Shown here piece by piece: positions 1 to 9,760 of a DNA stretch of 64,000 bases. A program made the translations under genes and the position numbers. This DNA comes from an uncultured delta proteobacterium. Lineage in GTDB: Bacteria > Myxococcota_A > Polyangia > Fen-1088. The notes under the pieces are model-generated. The model had not been told where the DNA came from. It ran no database searches and saw nothing but the letters and a program-made list of their open reading frames with translations. Location of the stretch: positions 352,001 through 416,000 of the forward strand of contig CAVTRY010000023.1 in the NCBI GenBank assembly GCA_963737265.1, given 5' to 3'. Position 1 is the first letter of the stretch, and every line of letters begins with the position of its first letter.

Positions 1-24
1 GTGCTGAAGACTCTCGCGGAACAT
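1..24 (-). CDS. 5' end of a CDS running off the window (MFRESLQH...), possibly a roadblock/LC7-like protein
   Basis: ATG at 24-22 downstream of a sigma70-like promoter. Only 8 codons are visible, so the product is a guess. Confidence 0.3.
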
Positions 25-37
25 CGTTGTACTTCCG

Positions 38-67
38 CTTCTAGTCGTACTGCCAAACGGGTGTCAA
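38..67 (-). promoter_or_regulatory. putative sigma70-type promoter
   Basis: TTGACA (67-62), 18 nt, TAGAAG (43-38) on the minus strand. Confidence 0.4.
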
Positions 68-94
68 TAGCACCGCTGCCCGGGCTGCCCAGGC

Positions 95-991
95 CTAGGG
101 ACCTGCCGTCGAGGTGTTGGTCGTCGCCGTGCTGGTCGAGCCCGTCGGGGTCGCGGGACAAACGCCCACCGCCCTGCCGCTCGCGTTGGTGATGCCACAA
201 CACAAAATCTCGTTGTCTTGGCCGGGGTCGACACAATGAGCCGGATCGCCAGGATAGGGATTGGTGCCGGTGAGCGCCGCACAAGCTGGATAGCCGGCGG
301 GGTATCGGTACTGGACCACCGAAGGATCGGTATACTCGCTTTGAAGACACCCCGTGCACACGTCGACCGTGTACACGAACGATGCGCTGTCAATGTCGGT
401 CCCCCCATGGCGCCCATCCGCCAGAATCGTCGCGGTGACCAACTTGTGTCTTGGCGCCGAGTCCGTCGGTTGCGGATTCAGCGCCAGCAAAAGGCACTGG
501 GCGTGACTAGGCTGGATGATTTGGACGCCATGCGGTACGAACCCTTGCGGAGCAATGACAGCCGTAAACGGGATCGAGTTGAACTGGGATGGACAAGAAT
601 CACCCCAAGTCATGTCTGGTGCCGACAGCTTTACGGTGAACCCCTTGAGCGTGATGTTGTTCATCTCGGTGGCCTTGCTTCCACCTACGGAATCCAGATT
701 GTTGGCGATCAACAGCGGTAGAACGTATGCTGGATACGACTGATCGGGCAAATACACGTCGAGGGTCCCCGTGTAGTGGGTCGCCGTCGTTGGAGTTCCC
801 GGAATGGTGCAGTCCGCGGCCAGCTCCTGCACCTGCACAATCTGCAATGCATTGTTGGCGTCGGTCGCGAGAAAGCGGCCGCACGCGAGGAGGCCAAGCA
901 GCGCAGCCGAGTAAATCACACCCCGGCGAACCCATTTTCCGCGCGGGTTGCCCAAGTTCATTGCGGCTTCCTCATTCGGTGTTTGCATCAT
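95..991 (-). CDS. Cys-rich putative lipoprotein, last gene of the pilMNOPQ operon
   Basis: Hydrophobic signal ending LLAC, paired Cys (CTGC, ILCC), Thr-rich tail; 20 nt after the pilQ stop. Confidence 0.7.
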   Translation of the reverse strand: MMQTPNEEAAMNLGNPRGKWVRRGVIYSAALLGLLACGRFLATDANNALQIVQVQELAADCTIPGTPTTATHYTGTLDVYLPDQSYPAYVLPLLIANNLDSVGGSKATEMNNITLKGFTVKLSAPDMTWGDSCPSQFNSIPFTAVIAPQGFVPHGVQIIQPSHAQCLLLALNPQPTDSAPRHKLVTATILADGRHGGTDIDSASFVYTVDVCTGCLQSEYTDPSVVQYRYPAGYPACAALTGTNPYPGDPAHCVDPGQDNEILCCGITNASGRAVGVCPATPTGSTSTATTNTSTAGP

Positions 992-1011
992 GGTGGCACC
1001 TACCCAGAAGT

Positions 1012-4000
1012 TTACTGCCCGAGCGCGCGCGAGCGATTCACGATTCGCGGCGTGATGAAGACGAGGAATTCGGAACGGGTGTCACCCTCTTTCCGACTAC
1101 GGAAGAACCAGCCGACAACCGGGATGTCGGAAAGGTATGGAACCTTGGTGTAGCTGAGGCTCGTGTTGCGCGTGTAGATGCCGCCGAGGACCGCGGTGTC
1201 GCCGTCGCGCACCAGCATGGTCGTCTTGGTTTCTTTCTTGTCGATGGCCGGTGTGCCGTTTGCGCTTAGCTGGGAAAAGTCGGGGGCGTTGTTGGTCACC
1301 GCGATGGTCATGGCGATGGTGCCCTCGTTGGTGACATGCGGTTTAACGGAAAGCGACAACTGCGCATCCACGAACTGCGTCTGCGCGCCCATGGCGCTGA
1401 CCACGGAAACCGGAATCGACACACCTTGCAAGATGCGAGCTTCAAGGTTGTCCATGGTAGTAACGCGCGGTGAAGAGAGAACGCGAATCTGTCCGGTGTT
1501 CTCCATCGCGGAAAGCCTCAAGTTGAGGTTGAACGCGCCAGCGACCGACCCCAAGGTGAGACCGATGGCGGAACCCGTGCCGAGGCCAGCCGCGGCCGGC
1601 ATATTGACCAGGAAGTTTGGGCTGCCGGCTGCGACGGCTCCGGTCCCGGTGCGCGGACCGGGCACAAGACCGCTCAAGGGCGACGCCGGGTCGTCGGCCC
1701 CACCGCCAATGCCCACGTTGTAGGGGAAGACCAGGCCAGTGGGATTTCCGTGCGCCGTGTCCGCGAAGCCAGAACCACCCCACTGAACACCTATCTGCCG
1801 CGTGAAATTCGAGTCCGCCTCGACGATCCTCGCCTCGATCACCACCTGCGAAGTTTGGGTGTCCAGGTTGCGTACGAGATCCTCGATGAGTTGAAGGTTC
1901 TTGGACACGTCCGACACGATGAGGGTGTTGGTGCGCGTGTCCACCGACAACTTCCCGCGCGGGGACAGAATGTCGCGGGCCTTGTCCTGCAAGTGGGTTG
2001 CATCGGCATAGGAGACGCCGATGAGCCGCGTTTCGGTGGGCAGCACATCCGCGATCTGCTTCTGGCGCGCGATCTCTGCTTCGAGCTCTTTTTCGAGGAA
2101 CGAGAGCGGCGCCACGCGCAGCAGATTGCCTTCGCGTACCGAGCCAAGGCCCTTCGAGCGCAAAACAACATCGAGGGCCTGATCCCACGGCACGTCGCGC
2201 ATCTTGATGGTGACGTCGCCTTTCACGTCGTCAGCGACGACGATGTTGACCTGGCCGACGTCTGCCAGCAGGCGAAGAATGTTGTGAATGTCAGCGCCCT
2301 TGAAGTCGAGATCGATACGCCGACCGGTGTAGCGCTTCTTGCCGAGGGTCCCGTAGCGACCGCCCGGGCCCGCGCCTGGACGAGCGTCTTGCGCCCCGGC
2401 GGTGCCAGCTGCGGGCGCCGCGGGCGCATCCACGGTGAGCGGAGACGTTTGTTCGGGCGGGATCTCGAGCGGCACCCGGCCGGCCCCTTGCCTGGGGGTG
2501 TCCAGGAAGGGTGGCAGCGCCTGCGCCTGCCAAAGTGCATCCGTCACCGTGACGATGAACCCGGCTACCTTGCGCGCGGGAACGAACATCGCCGCTGGCG
2601 CCGGAACCCAAATCGCCGGCAGGCTGGGTGCCTTGGCCGGCGATTTTTCGAAATCCCAAAAAATGCGATTGCCGTCCTGACGAATACGATTCGGCACATC
2701 CTCGGCCAGATCCACATCGACGCGCACCGTGCTGCGCGCGCCCGGCTCCCGGTACGAGCTGATGATCTTGACCGGTCCCAGGTACTCGGTTGCATCGAGG
2801 TTGCGCTCGAGTCCGTCCGCCAAGTCGCTGTGGTCGATGCGCAAGCTCAAGCGACGACTGGCCAGACGCTCCACCGCGAATGTGGCGCCATCCTCGACAT
2901 CGATAATGACCGAAGACCGGCTGGGTTCGTCGACGAAGTCGATGCCGCGAACATGGCTAAGCGCGCGCAAGGTTATCGAGCGCGGCCTGTCGGAGACGCC
3001 GCTTGCGGGTTGAGATTGGGTCGCGCCAGCGAGCGGCGCTGGCTTGGCGGGGCCTGCGGGCCTGGCAGCCGGTGCGACCGCGACCGGCGTGGGCTTGGCT
3101 GCGGTTGCGACCGCGACCGGTGCGGGCTTGGTGACCGGCGCCGCCGCAACGGGCGCGGCATTCGCGCTGCCAGCCGTGATCCGCGAGCACGCTTCCTCGA
3201 CCTTCGCCGAACGCGCCGCCACGGCTTGCGTCGCTGCGACCGCGTCTTTTAGACGCCCAACCTCGGCAAGCAAGGCATTGCGCGCAAGCTCAAGCTGCAT
3301 GCGCTCGCCTTCCAACTTCGTGCGTTCCCCATCGAGGCGCGTCCGCTCGGCGCGCGCCTCGGCTAGGCGAGACTCCTCGTCCTTGCGCAGGGCGACCGCT
3401 TTATCGAACTTGCCTTCTTCGAAATGGCGCTGCCGTGCCTGCTCATCCTTGCGCTCTTCTTCCTGCTTGCGCGCCGAGACGGCCATGGCTAGATCCAGCC
3501 GAGACCGCTCGGCAGCATAGACCGCTTCCTTGCGCTGGCGCTCGGCCTCGGCCACAGCAGCCGCTGCTTGTGCCTTGCTTTGCGAGGACGCATCCCGCGC
3601 CAAGCCGTCGCGTCGGCCCCGGGCCGCCCGCGCCTCGTCGTCGCGTTTCACCAACTTTGCCTCGGTCTCGCGCGCGACCGCCTCGCGCTTGGCCACCACC
3701 CGCTCCGCGTCCGCCAGTCTCCTCCCCTGCTCCTCCTGGAGCCTACTGATTCGGTCGAGAGCCTTCTGACGGGCTTGCACCTCCTCGGCGGCAACTCGGC
3801 GAGACTTGTCATGATCTGCCTCGTGCTGCCGGGCTGCGGACACTTCGCGCTCCGCGGTCTCGGCCCGCTGGCTGGCACGCTCGGCCTCGCCCTGCGTGCG
3901 CTTGACGAGATCCTCCGCCCGGAGCAAGGCGAGCTTGTTGCGATGGCTTTCCTCGGCCGCAGCGCTCGCCATGGCCCGCGCCGTCTCGGTCTCTTGATGA

Positions 4001-5046
4001 GCTTCGGCCAATTCTCGGCGCAATCCCTCGGATTCTGTCTTCGCTCGCGCCTCGGCACGCGCATGCTCTCCGGCTAGAGCCTGCGCGGCGATGCGCGCCT
4101 GCTTCTCCGATTTGGCGCTGGCCTCGGCTTTCGCCTGGGCCTCCGCGTGCGCCTCGGCCTCGACCTTGGCTTGGCTGGCAATCTTGGTTTCTGCTTCGGC
4201 GTGCGCCTGCAGTTCTTTGCGCGCCTGTTCCTCGGTCTTCGCCCGCGCCTGCGCTTCCGCCTTCACTTGCGCCTTCACCTGCGCCTCGGCCTTCGCGCGC
4301 GCATCCGCCTCGACCTTCGCCTGCGCCTCGGCCTTCACCCGCGCTTGCGCCTCGACCTTCGCCTGCACCTCGGCCTTCGCCCGCGCTTGCGCCTCGACCT
4401 TCGCCTGCGCTTCCGCTTTCGACCGCGCCTCCGCTTCGGCTTTCACCTGCGCCTCTGCCTTCGCGCGGGCCTGCGCCTCGGCTTTCGTTTGTGCTTGCGC
4501 TTCGACTTCCGCCTGCGTAAGGGCGCGTTCCTTCGCCTTGGCTTCGTCGCGCGCCAGGGCCTCCGCTTTGGCTCTGGCTGCCGCCAGGGTCCGCGCTTCC
4601 GCGACGTTCTCGGCCGCGACCGGCGGGTGCACGCGCGGAATCACGCGCAGAGTAATGTCGTTGCCCTTAGCCTCGACTCGGTAGTCAGACGCCTGCCGCA
4701 AGGTGAGCACGATGCGCGTGCGTGGCCCGGCGCCGTCGTCTTCCGTAACACTGGCCGTAACCAGCCCGACGGCGTAGGTCCCCGCGTCGAGCGGAACGTC
4801 TACATCGCCGAGACGCGCGCCGCTGAGCTCCACCACCACGCGCGCGGGCTGCTCCAGCTTCCACGTCGTGAAGGTGGGCCGTGCTGACGCGGCGACGACG
4901 ACAGCGGTGTCACCACCTGATTCCGAAACGCGAATGGCCCGAATACGAGTCGCATCGGCACGCGCAGGCATGGACCAAGCCGCGGCGATCGCGACAGCAA
5001 ACGCGGCAGCAGCCAAGAACTTGCGTGGTTCTTTATGACAGGTCAT
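1012..5046 (-). CDS. pilQ: type IV pilus secretin PilQ with AMIN domains and a long coiled-coil insertion
   Basis: Signal peptide, two AMIN-like beta domains, YTGRRIDLDFKGADI N-domain, QVVIEARIVE, KVPYLSDIPVVGWFF...FITPRI secretin C-terminus; ATGA overlap with pilP. Confidence 0.95.
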   Translation of the reverse strand: MTCHKEPRKFLAAAAFAVAIAAAWSMPARADATRIRAIRVSESGGDTAVVVAASARPTFTTWKLEQPARVVVELSGARLGDVDVPLDAGTYAVGLVTASVTEDDGAGPRTRIVLTLRQASDYRVEAKGNDITLRVIPRVHPPVAAENVAEARTLAAARAKAEALARDEAKAKERALTQAEVEAQAQTKAEAQARAKAEAQVKAEAEARSKAEAQAKVEAQARAKAEVQAKVEAQARVKAEAQAKVEADARAKAEAQVKAQVKAEAQARAKTEEQARKELQAHAEAETKIASQAKVEAEAHAEAQAKAEASAKSEKQARIAAQALAGEHARAEARAKTESEGLRRELAEAHQETETARAMASAAAEESHRNKLALLRAEDLVKRTQGEAERASQRAETAEREVSAARQHEADHDKSRRVAAEEVQARQKALDRISRLQEEQGRRLADAERVVAKREAVARETEAKLVKRDDEARAARGRRDGLARDASSQSKAQAAAAVAEAERQRKEAVYAAERSRLDLAMAVSARKQEEERKDEQARQRHFEEGKFDKAVALRKDEESRLAEARAERTRLDGERTKLEGERMQLELARNALLAEVGRLKDAVAATQAVAARSAKVEEACSRITAGSANAAPVAAAPVTKPAPVAVATAAKPTPVAVAPAARPAGPAKPAPLAGATQSQPASGVSDRPRSITLRALSHVRGIDFVDEPSRSSVIIDVEDGATFAVERLASRRLSLRIDHSDLADGLERNLDATEYLGPVKIISSYREPGARSTVRVDVDLAEDVPNRIRQDGNRIFWDFEKSPAKAPSLPAIWVPAPAAMFVPARKVAGFIVTVTDALWQAQALPPFLDTPRQGAGRVPLEIPPEQTSPLTVDAPAAPAAGTAGAQDARPGAGPGGRYGTLGKKRYTGRRIDLDFKGADIHNILRLLADVGQVNIVVADDVKGDVTIKMRDVPWDQALDVVLRSKGLGSVREGNLLRVAPLSFLEKELEAEIARQKQIADVLPTETRLIGVSYADATHLQDKARDILSPRGKLSVDTRTNTLIVSDVSKNLQLIEDLVRNLDTQTSQVVIEARIVEADSNFTRQIGVQWGGSGFADTAHGNPTGLVFPYNVGIGGGADDPASPLSGLVPGPRTGTGAVAAGSPNFLVNMPAAAGLGTGSAIGLTLGSVAGAFNLNLRLSAMENTGQIRVLSSPRVTTMDNLEARILQGVSIPVSVVSAMGAQTQFVDAQLSLSVKPHVTNEGTIAMTIAVTNNAPDFSQLSANGTPAIDKKETKTTMLVRDGDTAVLGGIYTRNTSLSYTKVPYLSDIPVVGWFFRSRKEGDTRSEFLVFITPRIVNRSRALGQ
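4230..4500 (-). repeat. degenerate 42-nt (14-aa, AEAQAKVEAQARAK) tandem repeat inside pilQ
   Basis: Repeated ...cgcctcgaccttcgcctgcgc... units; boundaries approximate. Confidence 0.8.
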
Positions 5047-5744
5047 TGATCAGTTCCTTCTGGATTGACCAGGACGGCTCTTTCCAAAGCCTTGGTTTCT
5101 CCGCCCGGTGTCATCTCCGACATCTCCAGCACGACGCGGTCGGAAAGAATCTTGGTGATTCGCGCGGCCGATTTCGAGATATAGTCGCCGCGTTTTACGG
5201 TCTGTCCGAGGCCTGTCGGATCACGAAACATGGCGCGTGGGTTCGCGTCGCCAGAGATGACTGCAATCAGCGTCAGCTCTTCCAAAGCGTACTTGGCGCA
5301 AATCGCCGAAATCACGCTGGTGCTTACCTTCGGGCCTCGTTCAATCCAGGTGTCGAGATACGATCGAAACGGGTCGCGGTTCGTGTCTTCGGTCTCGGCG
5401 AAGTCCTCCTCGCGAAGGACCTTCCGCCGCAAGACCGCCAGCCGCTGGGCAAGAGCGTCCGCGCCCGTCGGCGCCGCGGTTGGGGCGGTCGCGGGTGGCG
5501 TGGCCGTGGGCGGCGTGGCCGTGGGCGGCGTGGCCGTGGGCGGCGTGGCCGTGGGCGGCGCTGTCGCCACCATTCCGGCCGAGTTGCCTCCCGGTGCAGT
5601 CGCCGGCTTTGCTCCGGGCGCCGATGTCCCTGCGGGCTTGGCAAGCACCGGCGCCGCCGGCTGGTCCGCCGCCAACACGCGTGCAGTCCAATCCGTCCCA
5701 ACCAGCAAGAGCGCAGCGATCCCTGCCAACACCACCCTTCTCAT
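5043..5744 (-). CDS. pilP: type IV pilus assembly protein PilP
   Basis: NRDPFRSY motif, YALEELTLIAVI, DPTGLGQTVKRGDYI; lies between pilO and pilQ. Confidence 0.9.
   Translation of the reverse strand: MRRVVLAGIAALLLVGTDWTARVLAADQPAAPVLAKPAGTSAPGAKPATAPGGNSAGMVATAPPTATPPTATPPTATPPTATPPATAPTAAPTGADALAQRLAVLRRKVLREEDFAETEDTNRDPFRSYLDTWIERGPKVSTSVISAICAKYALEELTLIAVISGDANPRAMFRDPTGLGQTVKRGDYISKSAARITKILSDRVVLEMSEMTPGGETKALERAVLVNPEGTDQ
5497..5560 (-). repeat. 15-nt tandem repeat, about 4.3 copies (PPTAT linker of PilP)
   Basis: ggcgtggccgtgggc repeated perfectly. Confidence 0.9.
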
Positions 5745-6334
5745 GTTCCCCCCTCCGCGCCAGCCTGGTCCCGGTAGCGGAACGTTGCCGCGATAAACTT
5801 CGCGCGCAATCGCGGAGAACCCGCACCCTCGTTCTTCTCGACCGAGAGACCGAGGTTCTCCACATTGACGATGCGAGGCAGCTCGCTGATGTTCTTGAAG
5901 AACTTCGTGATGGTGTGGTAGGTGCCGCGAACTTCGATGCGCACGGGAATCCTGACGTAGAGTTCCTGGGGAGTTTCAGCGTCGATGGTGAGGGAAACGA
6001 TTTCGAGCCCGGCCAGCTCTGCTTGCTCCTGAATATTGGAAAGGAAAGTGGGAATTTCGGCCTTTTTAGGCAAGGCCTTGAGCAAATCGCGCTGCTCTTG
6101 TTGCAGTTGGGTTAGTTCACTGCGGTAGGCGAGATACTCGCGCTTGCGTTTTTCGTAGTTGTCCTTCTCGGTCTTGAGTTGTTGTTGCTGCGCACGCGCC
6201 GATTTGATCTGGTCCTGGACATCGAGGTAGAAGAGTCCGCCGTAGGCGCCGAGGATCACCACCATGACGCCGAGGGTGACGCCGATCTTCACCGGGGTCT
6301 TGAGACGCAGGAGTTTCTGTAGAAGGCTTTTCAT
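5741..6334 (-). CDS. pilO: type IV pilus assembly protein PilO
   Basis: N-terminal TM, coiled coil, LPKKAEIPTFL, GTYH...LPRIVNV, ATFRY. Confidence 0.92.
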   Translation of the reverse strand: MKSLLQKLLRLKTPVKIGVTLGVMVVILGAYGGLFYLDVQDQIKSARAQQQQLKTEKDNYEKRKREYLAYRSELTQLQQEQRDLLKALPKKAEIPTFLSNIQEQAELAGLEIVSLTIDAETPQELYVRIPVRIEVRGTYHTITKFFKNISELPRIVNVENLGLSVEKNEGAGSPRLRAKFIAATFRYRDQAGAEGGT

Positions 6335-6335
6335 C

Positions 6336-6965
6336 TCAGTAGATCACCGAAGCCGAAAGGCTGAAGTTGACGTACTTCACCAGGCCCTTGGCCGCCTGTG
6401 CCGTCGCGTCGAGGTTGACGTCCTTGAAGAATACGGAGGAGTTGAGTCGCTTGAGAAACTCGGCCACGTCTTCGTTGGACTTTGCCGCCCCCTTCAGCTT
6501 GATCTTCTGCTTGTCCTCCGCGTACGAGTCGAGCCACACGCGCTTGGTTTCCCAGTTCGAGTTGAAACCGGCATTGGGATCCTTGCGTAGAGTTTCCTCG
6601 TAGGTGACGCGTTCGAAGGTTGGACCCTTGCCGGGACTCAGGATCTCGGACATCTCGCGCAGCAAGAAGACCGGCCCGGTGCGCCCCGACTCCAAGGCTT
6701 GGATCGTCTTGCGCTGTTTGAGCAGCTCTTCGCGTTGCGATCGAATCTTGTCGTAGTCGCCCAGCTCTTGCTTGAGACGCGCCACCTCGGCTTGGGTGAT
6801 CGTGTTGTCGCGCTGGATCTTTTCCAGATCCGCAGTGGCCTGCAGGTGAAAGAAGACCACGAGAGCGATGGTTCCCAGAATAGCGATCCCCATCACCAGG
6901 AACTGGCGCTGGCTGGCCTCTTGCCGCTTCGCCTTGCGCGTGGGGAGTAGATTGATGCGAATCAC
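6336..6965 (-). CDS. pilN: type IV pilus assembly protein PilN
   Basis: GTG start overlapping the pilM stop gives (M)IRINLLP, followed by TM and coiled coil. Confidence 0.92.
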   Translation of the reverse strand: MIRINLLPTRKAKRQEASQRQFLVMGIAILGTIALVVFFHLQATADLEKIQRDNTITQAEVARLKQELGDYDKIRSQREELLKQRKTIQALESGRTGPVFLLREMSEILSPGKGPTFERVTYEETLRKDPNAGFNSNWETKRVWLDSYAEDKQKIKLKGAAKSNEDVAEFLKRLNSSVFFKDVNLDATAQAAKGLVKYVNFSLSASVIY

Positions 6966-8020
6966 TGTTTGTCCCCCGGCCTGCGCAACGACAGGCCCAC
7001 GGCAACCGCCGCCTCCGCGGAGTGCCTTTGCACGAACTCGGTGTCGAAGCGATGCTCGTCGACGAAGATCTTGCGGAAGGGATCCATGACCTCGACCGCC
7101 GTGCGCGATTTTACCTCGAGGGCCTTTTGCAACGAAGGCACCTGGGCCGACCCGCCGCACAGATAGATGCGCGTGATGGTCGCGTCGCTGCTCGACGCCA
7201 AGTAGAAATCGAGCGACCGTTGAAACTTGCCGGCCACGCCGTCCGACACCGAAGCAATGACGGCCTCGACCTCCTGCGGAACGACCTCGCTGACCGACTG
7301 CCCCGTCGATCCGATTTTCCAGGCTTCGGCTTCTTCCTGGCTGACGTTGAGACGCTTCTGAATCTCCTCGGTAAAGGCATTGCCACCGACCGTTACATCG
7401 CGGGTGAACGCGCTCGAACCGCCGGCGATGATGTTGATATTGGACAAGGTGGCGCCGACGTTGATCACGGCGATGGCCTCCTCAGGCACCACCGGGTAGT
7501 TCGCCTCGTAGGCGTTCTGAATGGTGAAGGCAGCCACGTCCATGATCATCGGTATCAGCTTGGCTTCGCGAATAACCATGCTGTAGTCCGCCACCACTTC
7601 CTTTTTCGCCGCCACGAGAAGCAGCTCCATCTGGCCACCGGTGGTGGCGTCGCTGCCGATCAGCTGATGGTCGATCTCGACATCGTCCTTTGAAAACGGG
7701 ATGTGGTGCTCGGCCTCCCACGGGATCTGTTCTTCCAGCTCCTCCGGCGTCATGGGCGGCACTTTGATCTTCTTGATGATGACCGAGTGCCCGGAGATGG
7801 CCGTCGCAACTTCCCGGCCCTTGATGCCGAGGTTGTCCCGCAGCGTGCGGATCGCCTCCACCACCGCGCCCTGGTTCATGATCGCGCCGTCGACGATGGT
7901 CTGCGCTGGCAACGGCTCGAAGCCGAAGTTAACCAGCTGCAAGCCCTTCGAGGTCTCCTTGATTTGGACGACCTTGACAGAACTCGACCCGATATCGAGT
8001 CCTATGCAGTTCTTGGGCAT
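6962..8020 (-). CDS. pilM: type IV pilus assembly ATPase-like protein PilM
   Basis: IGLDIGSSSVK actin-like motif, EAEHHIPF, AVGLSLR. Confidence 0.95.
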   Translation of the reverse strand: MPKNCIGLDIGSSSVKVVQIKETSKGLQLVNFGFEPLPAQTIVDGAIMNQGAVVEAIRTLRDNLGIKGREVATAISGHSVIIKKIKVPPMTPEELEEQIPWEAEHHIPFSKDDVEIDHQLIGSDATTGGQMELLLVAAKKEVVADYSMVIREAKLIPMIMDVAAFTIQNAYEANYPVVPEEAIAVINVGATLSNINIIAGGSSAFTRDVTVGGNAFTEEIQKRLNVSQEEAEAWKIGSTGQSVSEVVPQEVEAVIASVSDGVAGKFQRSLDFYLASSSDATITRIYLCGGSAQVPSLQKALEVKSRTAVEVMDPFRKIFVDEHRFDTEFVQRHSAEAAVAVGLSLRRPGDKQ

Positions 8021-8123
8021 CAGTGTTCTCTCCCGTGGGGATCCTGCAACCGCCTATTTTCACCTACATGGTGCGCTTGCCGGCGCAAAGATCAAAAAAC
8101 GCATCCAATGGTACTCATATCGA

Positions 8124-9641
8124 TCACTTTGCCCTCCAAGTTGAATCGATACGTGAAATCGTCACCGGAGTGGGCGTCACGGGCGGGGGAGTCAAGGGCG
8201 TCGGCGCATCGAGGGACCCGTCGGCCATGGCCGCCAGCTCGCGGGTGTCGCGGCCGACGTTGATGCCGAATTCCTTGATCTTATAGAGCAGGGCGCGGTG
8301 GCTGATTTCAAGCAGCTCGGCGGCGCGCGTGCGATTGCCGCGGGTCTTGAGCAGCGCACGGCGAATCAGCGCCTCTTCCGAGCGGCGCGAAGCGCGCTTG
8401 ATGGAAAGATTGTCGTCGTCCGGGCCATTCGGCGGCGCCGCTGCCGGGGCCGTGGCCACCAGGCGAAGTCGTTCGGGTAATGCCTCGACCTCGATGTGCG
8501 ATCCTTCGCAAAGCACGATGGCGCGTTCTATGGAATTCTCCAACTCGCGAACGTTGCCTGGCCAATCGTGCGCCACCAGCAGGCGCATCGCCTCCGGCGT
8601 CACCCCCATGACGGCCATGCCCATGCGCGCGTTCATGCGCGCAAGGAAGTGTTCCGCCAGCAGCGGAATGTCCTCGCGCCTCTCGCGCAGCGCCGGCAGG
8701 TGCAGTGTGAACACGTTCAGTCGGTAGAAGAGATCCTCACGAAAAGCGCCGCGCCCAACCTCGGCGGACAGATCGCGTGCCGTGGCCGCCACCACCCGCA
8801 CATCCACCTTGATATCTTGGCTATCGCCGAGGCGGCGGATCTCGCCTTCCTGCAAGACGCGCAGAAGCTTGACCTGCAAGCCCAGCGGTAACTCGCCAAT
8901 CTCGTCGAGGAAGAGCGTGCCGCCCGAGGCTTCTTCGAACAGGCCCTTGCGGTCGCGATTGGCGTCGGTGAATGCGCCCCTGCGATGGCCGAACAGCTCG
9001 GATTCGAGCAGATTGTCGGGAATCGCACCGCAGTTGACCGCGATGAAGGGGTTGGATGAACGCGGGGAAAGGCGGTGGATGGCGCGGGCGATGAGCTCCT
9101 TGCCCGTGCCCGATTCACCACCCACCAGCACCGTGGTTTTAAATTCCGCAATCTTGCGCACGGTGCGGAACAGTTCCAGCATTTGCCGACTGTGCGCGAC
9201 CAGATCGCCGAGGCCGGCCTCGGGCTCCTGCCCGCCAGCGCGGATCTGTTTGTGCAGCAACTGGTTTTCGCGGAACAATCGCTCGCGTTCTTCGGCCTTA
9301 CGCAGAAGCAGGATGATCTCGTCGGCTTCAAACGGCTTGGAGATGTAGTCGTACGCCCCACGCTTCATGGCCTCGATGGCGATGTCGCGACTGCCATACG
9401 CCGTCATCACGACCACCGTGGTGCCCAGGTTTCGCCGACGAACCTCGTCGACCAGGTCGAGGCCACTCTGTCCCGGCATGCGCAGGTCGGTGATGACGAT
9501 GTCGTAGGACTGATCTTCCAGTTCCTTGAGAGCTCCCTCCACGGACGCGACACCCACCGGCTCGTAACCTTCCCGCTTGAGCAACGTCTGCAGCATGTGC
9601 CGCAAGTTCTGCTCATCGTCCACGACTAGCACGCGTCGCAT
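8124..9641 (-). CDS. sigma54-dependent NtrC-family response regulator (positional PilR2-like)
   Basis: REC (VVDDE, DLRMPG), AAA+ (GESGTGKE, GAFTDA, FLDEIGE, WPGNVRELEN), Fis HTH; start set at MRRVLVV. Confidence 0.92.
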   Translation of the reverse strand: MRRVLVVDDEQNLRHMLQTLLKREGYEPVGVASVEGALKELEDQSYDIVITDLRMPGQSGLDLVDEVRRRNLGTTVVVMTAYGSRDIAIEAMKRGAYDYISKPFEADEIILLLRKAEERERLFRENQLLHKQIRAGGQEPEAGLGDLVAHSRQMLELFRTVRKIAEFKTTVLVGGESGTGKELIARAIHRLSPRSSNPFIAVNCGAIPDNLLESELFGHRRGAFTDANRDRKGLFEEASGGTLFLDEIGELPLGLQVKLLRVLQEGEIRRLGDSQDIKVDVRVVAATARDLSAEVGRGAFREDLFYRLNVFTLHLPALRERREDIPLLAEHFLARMNARMGMAVMGVTPEAMRLLVAHDWPGNVRELENSIERAIVLCEGSHIEVEALPERLRLVATAPAAAPPNGPDDDNLSIKRASRRSEEALIRRALLKTRGNRTRAAELLEISHRALLYKIKEFGINVGRDTRELAAMADGSLDAPTPLTPPPVTPTPVTISRIDSTWRAK

Positions 9642-9760
9642 GGCTGTCCTACTGTCCTTGCGGTCTTCCAATCCACACGGAATTCAAGCCGCCATCGTAA
9701 CAGAAGGGCCGCGTTTCGGCTAGACTTCGCGCATTGCGCGGCATTGCGCGCGCAACGGGG

